From IMG/VR virus record IMGVR_UViG_3300023301_000001, positions 1-53,470 of that record: DNA of 53,470 nucleotides; one strand, 5' to 3'. Source of the DNA: a virus. Its lineage: Duplodnaviria; Caudoviricetes. Positions within the stretch are counted from its first letter, which is position 1. The number at the start of each line of letters is the position of its first letter. Positions 1-7,425 of the stretch are shown here, piece after piece. The position numbers and the translations under genes were made by a program. The notes below the pieces were generated by a model, which was not told the origin of the DNA, ran no database searches, and saw nothing but the letters and a program-made list of their open reading frames with translations.

Positions 1-105
1 GGCTACTTTCACTCAGATCTGAACTTGATCACCTTTGAGCAGGTGGGTGAGTATGAGTACCCCACCACCGACTTCCCGAACAAGCCTCAGGTGTTCTTCA
101 TCGGA
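1..105. repeat. Terminal direct repeat, copy 1 (assembly circularisation overlap)
   Basis: Bases 1-105 are identical to 53366-53470, and the repeat falls inside a coding sequence. Confidence 0.95.
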
Positions 106-828
106 TGCCGTCGCTGTGGCGGCTCCGGGCACCACGACTTTGATGGTTCCTCCTCGGTGTGCTACCTGTGCGGAGACTCCTGGGATGCTCGCTTGGGTCG
201 CGAGATCGGAGACCGCGCCGCCGCAGAGAAGCACTTCGCGAGCCGCTCGCGCGCTCTCGCTCTCCGCCTCGCCAAGAAGGAAGCCGAGCGCCAGGCGTAC
301 CTCGCCGAGCGCGACGTGGCGTGGGAGGCTCTGAAGGAAGCCGAGCCGGAGGTGTTCAACCTTCTCCACGAGGCTGCTACCGCTGACCAGTGGTCCTCTG
401 GATCTAGGTTCATCGACAGCATCTGCGGCCAACTATGGTCCCTTGGCGAGCGTCCCTACAGCCAGAAGCAGATCGACGCTGTCAAGCAGATCATGGAGGC
501 CAAGAAGGTCGCCGAGGCTGAGGCCGAGGCTCACCCGGTCGTGGAAGGCCGCCAAGAGATCTCCGGCGAGATCCTCTCAGCCAAGTTGAAGGAGACCGAC
601 TTTGGAATGGCCCTCAAGATCGTGGTCAAGGATGCTCGCGGCTTCCGCGTGTACGGGACGATGCAGCGCCAGATCGCCGACGCGCTGTGCGTCGATGACG
701 GCGATGACGGCTGGTTGGAAGGCGCGAAGGGTCGCGAGGTCAAGTTCACCGCGACCGTGAAGGTGAGCGACGATGACAAGGCGTTTGGCTTCTTCTCTCG
801 CCCGGTCAAGGGCGAGGTGATCCGCTAG
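1..828 (+). CDS. Hypothetical protein with N-terminal Cys zinc finger and C-terminal OB-fold-like domain; true start crosses the origin (ATG at 53360, MPGYFHSDLNLITFEQ...)
   Basis: CRRCGGSG...CYLC motif; beta-rich C-terminus (GEILSAK...VYGT...VKFTATV...FFSRP); ATG 53360 overlaps the TGA of the preceding gene. Confidence 0.75.
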   Translation, partial: GYFHSDLNLITFEQVGEYEYPTTDFPNKPQVFFIGCRRCGGSGHHDFDGSSSVCYLCGDSWDARLGREIGDRAAAEKHFASRSRALALRLAKKEAERQAYLAERDVAWEALKEAEPEVFNLLHEAATADQWSSGSRFIDSICGQLWSLGERPYSQKQIDAVKQIMEAKKVAEAEAEAHPVVEGRQEISGEILSAKLKETDFGMALKIVVKDARGFRVYGTMQRQIADALCVDDGDDGWLEGAKGREVKFTATVKVSDDDKAFGFFSRPVKGEVIR

Positions 829-887
829 GCGGTACGATTGAGGACCCGGGCGGGAAGGCTCGCCCGGGCTCGCGACAAGGAGAGGTC

Positions 888-1055
888 ATGAGAGGCGCAT
901 TTCTGGGAGAAGCATTCGTCAAAGGGTTCGGGCTCGCCCGAGTATTTGAGGACCTGTACTACACAGACCAGTTCTACATCATCGGAATCAAGCACGACCG
1001 CCGAGGATGGGTCAACCGGCGCAAACTCGGCTGGCGCAAGCCGGTCAAGCGCTGA
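888..1055 (+). CDS. Small hypothetical protein, 55 aa (MRGAFLGEAFVKGFG...); not in the ORF track
   Basis: RBS AAGGAGAGG upstream; its TGA overlaps the ATG of the helicase (TGATG). Confidence 0.7.
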   Translation: MRGAFLGEAFVKGFGLARVFEDLYYTDQFYIIGIKHDRRGWVNRRKLGWRKPVKR

Positions 1056-2947
1056 TGGCGGAAGCGGACCTGGACCTGGTTGGCAAACGGATTCTGGTCA
1101 GGATCTCGTGGTCGCCATCGGTCGTGGATTTGTGCAAGAGCGTTCCGGGCTACAACTGGTCACCGACCAAGGGTGCGTGGACCTATCCCGCAAGCCTCGG
1201 GATCTATGGGCGGCTGGAGGAGGCGTTCTCCGGTGAGTTTGAGCCCACCCCGGCACTCCGGGAGTGGGTAGGGGCCGAGAGGGCGCGAGGCGCCATCCTC
1301 GCCACGCTCGCGAGGCGCTCGGATGCGATCCTCCGGCGAGTTCCGGAGAGTCACCCCGAGATCGCCGCCGCGATGGACTCCCGGACCTACCAACGCGTGG
1401 GCGGGAGGTTCGGGGCTCGCGCGCTCTCATATTGCCTCGCCGATGATCCGGGGCTCGGCAAGACCGTCCAATATCTCGCCGGGCTGATTGAGGCCGACCT
1501 CTGGCGAGGCGACCACCTCGTGATCGCGCCCAAGACCTCCCTGGAGTCGACATGGGGTGACCAGATCATCAAGTGGGCTCCCGACGCCGAGGTGATGGCC
1601 ATGCCAGAGGGAGCCGCCGCGCGCCAAGACGCATGGGAGAAGTTTCTGGAGTTGGACCAGCCGCGCTTCCTCGCAATCAACCCCGCTATGATCCGCAGAA
1701 TCTACGGGAAGTGGTGCCCGAAGTGCAAGCAGTGGGCGACCAAGAGCGAGAGCGACTGGCCCACAGAGCATCTCCTCCAGGCCCACAAGACTCGCCGCAA
1801 GATCCAGACCGAGGACTGGCCCGAGATCCTCAACCACGAGTGGGAGACCGTCGCGCTGGATGAGTCCCATGAACTCCTCGCGGCGTACAAGCCGAGCAAC
1901 GTCACACAGCAAGTTGCCGGGCTCCTCGACATCCAAGCCGGGAAGCGAGTGGCCCTGACCGGGACTCCCATCCGAGGATCTGAGGAGCGGCTCTGGGGAA
2001 TGCTCGACTGGCTCGGAGTCCAAACGGGCGGATACTGGGCATGGATCGACACCTACTTTGATGTGTCGTCAAATGGGTTCGGGAAGGACATCAACGGGCT
2101 CCGGCCCGAGCGCCTCGCGGAGTTTCACAAGTCGCTTGACTCGGTGATTCTGCGGAGGAGCCGGGCAGAGGCTCGCCCGGATCTCCCCATGGGTCGGCGT
2201 GAGGATGTTCTGGTGCGGATGATTCCGAAGCAGCGGAAGCAATATGAGGAGTTCCAAGCCATGGGTGAGGCTGTCTTGGAGTCCGGGATCTTGACGGCCA
2301 TGGGAGCGCTCGCGGAGATCACGCGGCTCAAGCAACTCGCATTCGGAGTTTGGGACCGGATGGGCACCACGAGACCTCTGCCAACGGGAGCCTCGCCGAA
2401 GGTCGACTGGCTCATGCAATTTCTGAAGTCGCGCGGAGTTACGGGCAAGAAGGTCTCCGACTTCTACCCGGAGTCAGACGGCTACAAATACGTCATCGTG
2501 TCTCAGTTCACGGCGGTCCTGGTTGCCATCTCAGGAGTCCTTGACAAGGCCGGTATTGAGCACCTCCAGATATCTGGAATGGTTACCGGGAAGAAGCGCA
2601 CCGCCGCCCAACGGACCTTCCAAAGCGATGACCGGCGCTACCGCGTCATGCTCCTCAACACCAAGGCCGGAGGAGTCTCCTTGGACCTTGATGCGTGGTG
2701 TGATGAGATGGTCATCCTGGATGAGACGTACATCGCCGATGACCAAGTCCAGGTGGAGGGTCGGAACAACAACCGCTCAGGCCGGGTGGCTCCACGCACA
2801 TGGTGGTACGTCCGGACCGCCGACACCGTGGAGCAGACCATCGCTGAGAGTAACTTTGACCAGCACAAACTTGAGCACGCGCTACTGGACGCGCGCCGAG
2901 GAGTCACGCGGGCACTACACTTGATCCGTGGAGAGGAGATCTCATGA
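1055..2947 (+). CDS. SNF2-family (SF2) DNA helicase
   Basis: LADDPGLGKT (motif I), LDESH (II), LTGTP (III), QVEGRNNNR (VI); start moved to ATG 1055 because of stop/start coupling. Confidence 0.9.
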   Translation: MAEADLDLVGKRILVRISWSPSVVDLCKSVPGYNWSPTKGAWTYPASLGIYGRLEEAFSGEFEPTPALREWVGAERARGAILATLARRSDAILRRVPESHPEIAAAMDSRTYQRVGGRFGARALSYCLADDPGLGKTVQYLAGLIEADLWRGDHLVIAPKTSLESTWGDQIIKWAPDAEVMAMPEGAAARQDAWEKFLELDQPRFLAINPAMIRRIYGKWCPKCKQWATKSESDWPTEHLLQAHKTRRKIQTEDWPEILNHEWETVALDESHELLAAYKPSNVTQQVAGLLDIQAGKRVALTGTPIRGSEERLWGMLDWLGVQTGGYWAWIDTYFDVSSNGFGKDINGLRPERLAEFHKSLDSVILRRSRAEARPDLPMGRREDVLVRMIPKQRKQYEEFQAMGEAVLESGILTAMGALAEITRLKQLAFGVWDRMGTTRPLPTGASPKVDWLMQFLKSRGVTGKKVSDFYPESDGYKYVIVSQFTAVLVAISGVLDKAGIEHLQISGMVTGKKRTAAQRTFQSDDRRYRVMLLNTKAGGVSLDLDAWCDEMVILDETYIADDQVQVEGRNNNRSGRVAPRTWWYVRTADTVEQTIAESNFDQHKLEHALLDARRGVTRALHLIRGEEIS

Positions 2948-3201
2948 CCATCGCTGAGGCCGTTCTGACGGCGTTCATAGTAGGGCTCGGGCTCGGAGGG
3001 CTCGCCGGATTGCTCACCGCAGGGTGGCGACCGCCGTGGATGCGAGCCGAGAGCCCCGAGCCCATGCCGGCTCCAGATCTCCGGCCCCATGCGATTCGCA
3101 CAGAAGCGTCATATGCCAAGCCGGAGCGCGGAGTCACCCGCGTCACGCGAGGCCGGATGCCGCCACGCAGAAGAGGAGGATGGAAGTCAGAGGAAAGTTG
3201 A
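2944..3201 (+). CDS. Small membrane protein
   Basis: N-terminal hydrophobic helix; GAGGAG RBS; ATGA overlap. Confidence 0.6.
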   Translation: MTIAEAVLTAFIVGLGLGGLAGLLTAGWRPPWMRAESPEPMPAPDLRPHAIRTEASYAKPERGVTRVTRGRMPPRRRGGWKSEES

Positions 3202-3209
3202 TACAAAGT

Positions 3210-3238
3210 TAGACTTTTCATAAGAGATGTTGTAGGGT
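3210..3238 (+). promoter_or_regulatory. SigA-like promoter TAGACT-N17-TAGGGT
   Basis: AT-rich intergenic region; shares AGATGTTGTA with the repeated early promoters. Confidence 0.55.
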
Positions 3239-3281
3239 TGATAGCACGTGCAAGAACGAACCGAAACAAGGAGAGATTGAA

Positions 3282-3755
3282 ATGGCTACTACCGCCAAGA
3301 ACAAGATCAAGACCGATGCGGCAGGACGCCGCGTGAAGACCAAGGGCGAGGCGCCTCTGGCCTACTACTTGGACAAGCCCACCAGCGACGTGTCCGCCCG
3401 CTTTGCCGCATTCGTGCTGGAGCAGACCGGCCTGGAATGCGACCCTCAGGTGCTGCAGTTGTCGCACACCCTCCGCTCGCGCTTCCAGCAGGACCCGCGT
3501 GAGCAGGATCTCCGCGCCAGCCGCAAGACCGAGTTGGAGGATGTCGCCGAGGCGAAGGCCGAGCGCAAGACCGCTCGCGAGGAGAAGCGAGCCGCCAAGG
3601 CCGCCAAGCCCGCAAAGGCAGAGGCCAAGACGGCTCCCTCCAAGGCAGCCGCCAAGCCCGCAACCAAGAAGGCCTCCGCCAAGGCTCCGGCGAAGAAGGC
3701 GACCGCTACGCGCCGCCGCCCCGCCGCCAAGCCCGCAGTCCAGGAGGAGTTCTAG
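3282..3755 (+). CDS. Basic protein with histone-H1-like Ala/Lys/Pro tail (putative DNA-binding)
   Basis: C-terminal AAKPAKA/PAKKA repeats; AAGGAGAG RBS. Confidence 0.75.
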   Translation: MATTAKNKIKTDAAGRRVKTKGEAPLAYYLDKPTSDVSARFAAFVLEQTGLECDPQVLQLSHTLRSRFQQDPREQDLRASRKTELEDVAEAKAERKTAREEKRAAKAAKPAKAEAKTAPSKAAAKPATKKASAKAPAKKATATRRRPAAKPAVQEEF

Positions 3756-3766
3756 CACTGGTTCCG

Positions 3767-3800
3767 CCCGCCGTCTTGAGGTCTGACCTCGGGCGGCGGG
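3767..3800 (+). terminator. GC-rich intergenic hairpin (terminator or processing site)
   Basis: cccgccgtcttgaggtc / gacctcgggcggcggg inverted repeat with G-U pairs; no U-tract. Confidence 0.45.
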
Positions 3801-3822
3801 CCAACGGCTCCAAGGAGGAACC

Positions 3823-4944
3823 ATGCTGGAAATGAGAACAAGCGAACGGCGCGACCTCAAGACCTGCCCACAGCGGTGGTACTGGTCTCAGGTGGAAGGT
3901 CTCCGACCTCTCCGAGCCGCCAACCCGCTCTGGTTCGGGAGCGCGGTCCATGAGGGCCTCGCGGGGTGGTACATCCCCGGGACCAAGCGAGGAACGCACC
4001 CATCCGAGACCTTTGACAAGTACCTCGCCGGGAACCGCCGCATGCTCGTCACGAATGATGATGAGGAGACCGAGTACCAGGACGCGCGAGCGCTTGGGAT
4101 TGACATGCTTGACCGTTACGTGGAGCGTTGGGGCGAGGAGCCCGAGCGCGACGTCATCGCCTCTGAAAGGGAGTTCCAAGTGGTCCTCCCGAGGCCCGAG
4201 ATGGTCTTGTTCGGGAGGCATCGGCCCGCCGAGCGCCGCTGGCTCCGCTATGTGGGGACCTGGGATGGAGTCCACCGAGATCTCATCACCGGAGAGATCC
4301 GACTGGCGGAGCACAAGACGGCTGCGAGCATATGGGCAGACCACCTTCCGCTTGATGACCAGGCTGGCTCATATTGGGCCGTCGCTTCCAAGGTCCTAGA
4401 GAAGCAAGGGGTGCTGAAGGCGGGCGAGGAGATCGCTGGTATTGAGTACAACTTCCTGCGCAAGGCGCTCGGCGACACGAGGCCGGTCAACGCCGACGGG
4501 CTCCGGACTAACAAGCCGACCAAGACCGACTTTGTGGAGGCCATCGACAAGCACGGCGTTGAGGAGTTGCCCGGGCCGCTCGCGAAGTTGAAGGTGGTTG
4601 ACCTTGAGGCGCTCGCGGAGGAACTCGGGCTGACCGTATTTGGAGAGCCGAGCGCGCTCCAGCCACCGGCTTACTTTGAGCGTTTCATGGTCTACCGCTC
4701 GCGAGCCGAGCGCGGGCAGATGATCCGCCGCATCCAGGATGAGGCCGTGTTCGCCGAGGCTTACCGGAAGGGATGGCTGCCTGTTGTCAAGGCTCCAGAC
4801 CTACAGAAGTGCCGGGGTTGCCAATTCCGCCGAATGTGCGAGTTGGATGAGTCCGGCGACGCGCTCGCGGTGGAGGAGTTCAAGGAGATCCAGTTCACCA
4901 AAACAGACCCATACGCGGCGCACAGGAAGGATGTGAAGAAGTGA
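3823..4944 (+). CDS. Cas4/RecB-like PD-(D/E)xK exonuclease
   Basis: N-terminal CPQRWYW, GSAVH, GTWD...EHKT nuclease motif, C-terminal CxxC-x5-C Fe-S ligands. Confidence 0.85.
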   Translation: MLEMRTSERRDLKTCPQRWYWSQVEGLRPLRAANPLWFGSAVHEGLAGWYIPGTKRGTHPSETFDKYLAGNRRMLVTNDDEETEYQDARALGIDMLDRYVERWGEEPERDVIASEREFQVVLPRPEMVLFGRHRPAERRWLRYVGTWDGVHRDLITGEIRLAEHKTAASIWADHLPLDDQAGSYWAVASKVLEKQGVLKAGEEIAGIEYNFLRKALGDTRPVNADGLRTNKPTKTDFVEAIDKHGVEELPGPLAKLKVVDLEALAEELGLTVFGEPSALQPPAYFERFMVYRSRAERGQMIRRIQDEAVFAEAYRKGWLPVVKAPDLQKCRGCQFRRMCELDESGDALAVEEFKEIQFTKTDPYAAHRKDVKK

Positions 4945-5123
4945 AGGGCATGAAGGGCCTCGGGCGAGAGGATGCGGAGCGGATCAAGCGCCGCGCGCTC
5001 CGGTCGCAGGCCATGGGAAGGATCTCCGAGAGCGATGCCGCGTACATCACGCGACGGGCTGAGGAGATCATCGCACGGATTGTCTCAATGAAGGAGACCG
5101 GAACAGATGAGAGGGAGTTCTGA
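4941..5123 (+). CDS. Hypothetical protein
   Basis: Coupled between neighbours by GTGA and TGATG overlaps. Confidence 0.65.
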   Translation: MKGMKGLGREDAERIKRRALRSQAMGRISESDAAYITRRAEEIIARIVSMKETGTDEREF

Positions 5124-5959
5124 TGGCAGTACCAGAACAGATTGGTAGCATTGGCCAAAACGCCAACTACATGCATATGCTGATCGTCGGCGACTCGGGA
5201 TTTGGCAAGACGGTATTTGCCGGCACCGCGCAGAATGCGCTATTCCTGACGACAGACCCGGAAGGAACTACATCAGCGATGATGATGGGGTCGACCGCGA
5301 AGGAATGGAAGATTGGGCATTGGCGCGAACTCAACGAGGCATTCCGATACCTCCGCGACGGCGGCATTGAGGAGATGGGCCTGGAGTGGCTGATCATCGA
5401 CAACATCTCTGCGGCTCAGAACTTCGGGATGGAGGCGACGATGGAATTGGCAAGGGAGAACAACTCCAAACTTGATGAGTTCATCTCCTCTCAGCAGGAT
5501 TATCTCCGGAGCCAGAACATGCTCCGCCAGATGGTCAAGACCTTCCAAGACCTTCCGGTCAATATCATTTGGACCTCATGGCAAGCGGTCCAAGAGAATC
5601 CGGACACCGGCGAGATCTACTTTGCGCCCGCTATTCACGGGCAGAAGGGCTCGCTGGCGCAGGAAGTCGCAGGGTACATGAACGTGGTCGGCTACGGCGA
5701 GGTGGTGAAGGACACCAAAGGCAACGAGGTCCGCCGCATTTGGTTCACGTTCAACGACGCATTCCGGGGCAAGGATCGCTTTGTCTGCCTCGGCGCATAC
5801 CAGGACAGGCTAACGGTTCCGAAGATGCACCGAATGGTTGAGGAAGCGAAGAAGGCCGCCATGTCCAGCAAGAAGGGATCCACCGGCGCCAAGGCCGGTA
5901 GGCCCGCAGTCAAGAAGGCTCCGGCAACACGCCGGACCGCTACAAGGAAGAAGGCATAA
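5123..5959 (+). CDS. AAA-family P-loop ATPase (Sak4/RecA-like recombinase)
   Basis: GDSGFGKT Walker A, LIIDN Walker B, GKDR motif; located between nuclease and SSB. Confidence 0.85.
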   Translation: MAVPEQIGSIGQNANYMHMLIVGDSGFGKTVFAGTAQNALFLTTDPEGTTSAMMMGSTAKEWKIGHWRELNEAFRYLRDGGIEEMGLEWLIIDNISAAQNFGMEATMELARENNSKLDEFISSQQDYLRSQNMLRQMVKTFQDLPVNIIWTSWQAVQENPDTGEIYFAPAIHGQKGSLAQEVAGYMNVVGYGEVVKDTKGNEVRRIWFTFNDAFRGKDRFVCLGAYQDRLTVPKMHRMVEEAKKAAMSSKKGSTGAKAGRPAVKKAPATRRTATRKKA

Positions 5960-6909
5960 TGCCCAGCATCAAGAGGTCCAACGTCAAGGCCGAAGAAGTC
6001 AAGACTGGCTTTGAGGCGTATGACGGTCCTACTCCGACCAAGCGTGGGATGTACCGCGCGATCATCAAGCAGTTCAACTTCAAGGAGTTCCGCTCCGGCC
6101 GCACCGGCTTCTCCATCCTCGTGGAGTTGGAAGCGGCGGCGGGAGATCCGCACAACCACGAGCAGTTTGACGGCTTCCCGATCTGGAGCAACATCGTGTT
6201 CGGCGAGGAGGAAGCGCTCATGGCGCGGGAGTCCAACTTGTACGCCGCACTCGGCGCTGGCGACGGGCCGACGATCACCCATGATGAAGGCAACCCCACG
6301 ACCGGCGTGAAGGTCAAGAAGGTCGGCGGCAAGGACCCGATTGACAAGGCCGTATCGGTCGACATCAAGCAAGGCAAGTATGAGGGTGAAGTCCGGCCCG
6401 AGGTCGACGGCATCTACAAGATCGCCGGAGCCGCCTCTGCCGGGAAGGCGAAGGCAACCGCCGACGCTCCCGAGCCCGAAGAGGAGGACACAGCCGAAGA
6501 TGCCGGAGCCCGCGAGCGCGAGTTGAAGGCGCTCAAGGTCTCTGATCTCCGCGAGATCGCCGATGAACTCGGTCTGGAGACCGACGGCGTGAAGAAGGCC
6601 GACCTGATCAGCAGCATCCTTGAGGAGGAGTTTGGCGCCGAGTTTGCCGAGCCCTCCGAGGATGACGAGGATGAGGAGGATGAGGACGAGGAGGACGAGG
6701 AGGAAGATGACGAGGAGGATGAGGAAGATGACGAGGAGGATGAAGAGGCAGAACGCCGCGCCGACCTCGCCGGAGTCTCTCGCATCGAACTCAAGAAGGT
6801 CCTGAAGGAACTGGACCCTGACGCGAAGGTTCTGAAGAAGATGACCGATGAGGACATCGTGGACGCGATCATCGCCGAGGAATTTGAGAGCGATGAGCCT
6901 CCCTTCTAA
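5959..6909 (+). CDS. Single-stranded DNA-binding protein (DUF669-like) with HeH/Rho-N-like helical domains and acidic tract
   Basis: OB-fold-like N-terminus; LKVSDLREIADELGL...KKADLISSIL; long D/E run; ends DEPPF like actinobacterial SSB. Confidence 0.75.
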   Translation: MPSIKRSNVKAEEVKTGFEAYDGPTPTKRGMYRAIIKQFNFKEFRSGRTGFSILVELEAAAGDPHNHEQFDGFPIWSNIVFGEEEALMARESNLYAALGAGDGPTITHDEGNPTTGVKVKKVGGKDPIDKAVSVDIKQGKYEGEVRPEVDGIYKIAGAASAGKAKATADAPEPEEEDTAEDAGARERELKALKVSDLREIADELGLETDGVKKADLISSILEEEFGAEFAEPSEDDEDEEDEDEEDEEEDDEEDEEDDEEDEEAERRADLAGVSRIELKKVLKELDPDAKVLKKMTDEDIVDAIIAEEFESDEPPF

Positions 6910-6930
6910 TCATCACCTCCATGGCTCGGT

Positions 6931-7019
6931 GGGGCTCTCCGCGTGCGCGAGTGCGCGGAGGGTCCCTCCGGTCCCGGCCCGGGGCTTTCATCACGTTAGG
7001 CGTGGAGAGAGCCCCGGGC
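6931..7019 (+). other. Two tandem long GC-rich hairpins (terminator or structured RNA)
   Basis: 6931-6966 stem with GCGA tetraloop; 6977-7019 gcccggggctttc...gagagccccgggc. Confidence 0.55.
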
Positions 7020-7082
7020 TGCGTTGAAGGGGCGAGGATCTCCTGCGGCTATGGGGCGGGAAGGCCCGAGCCGCGAGCGCCC

Positions 7083-7380
7083 AAGGGGTATAGGGGTCAG
7101 CACAAGGTCACACAATCGACACAATATTCACACAATCGCTCTCCAATTTAACACAATCGACTTCTCCACTTCACACAATAAATGTGAGATGCCCTACACA
7201 ATCGGGGCTGTGAATTGTGTGAAGATTGTGTGGAATGTGTGAGTGTGAAAGATCTCGTGAGAATCTCGGAGGGTGCTAGGCGGGCTAGGGTAAAGAGCCC
7301 CGGAACAAGGAGAGGAAAGACTATATCAACAGTTTCTTCTTCTTCTTCTTCTGTTCTCCCTATATAGGTGTTTTTGGTGG
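7083..7380. repeat. Origin-like iteron element, copy A
   Basis: Direct (C)ACACAAT repeats, then inverted ATTGTGTG repeats, (TTC)6 and TATATAGGTGTTTT; directly upstream of the primase-helicase; homologous to 29402-29700. Confidence 0.75.
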
Positions 7381-7425
7381 GTAGGGGATTTGAACAAGGC
7401 TTTGCAAGGCAAACAAGGAGACAAG

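Noticed and set aside
6414-6872. Minus-strand poly-Ser ORF and other long minus-strand ORFs (e.g. 2904-3860, 37662-38711, 41929-43356)
   Set aside because: Antisense shadows of GC3-biased + strand genes; no RBS or recognisable motifs.
7100-7245. CACACAAT arrays (here and at 29420-29560) as CRISPR arrays, given the Cas4-like gene
   Set aside because: Repeats are only about 8 bp, switch orientation and lack 25-45 bp unique spacers; no cas1/cas2; Cas4-like nucleases are common phage recombination proteins.
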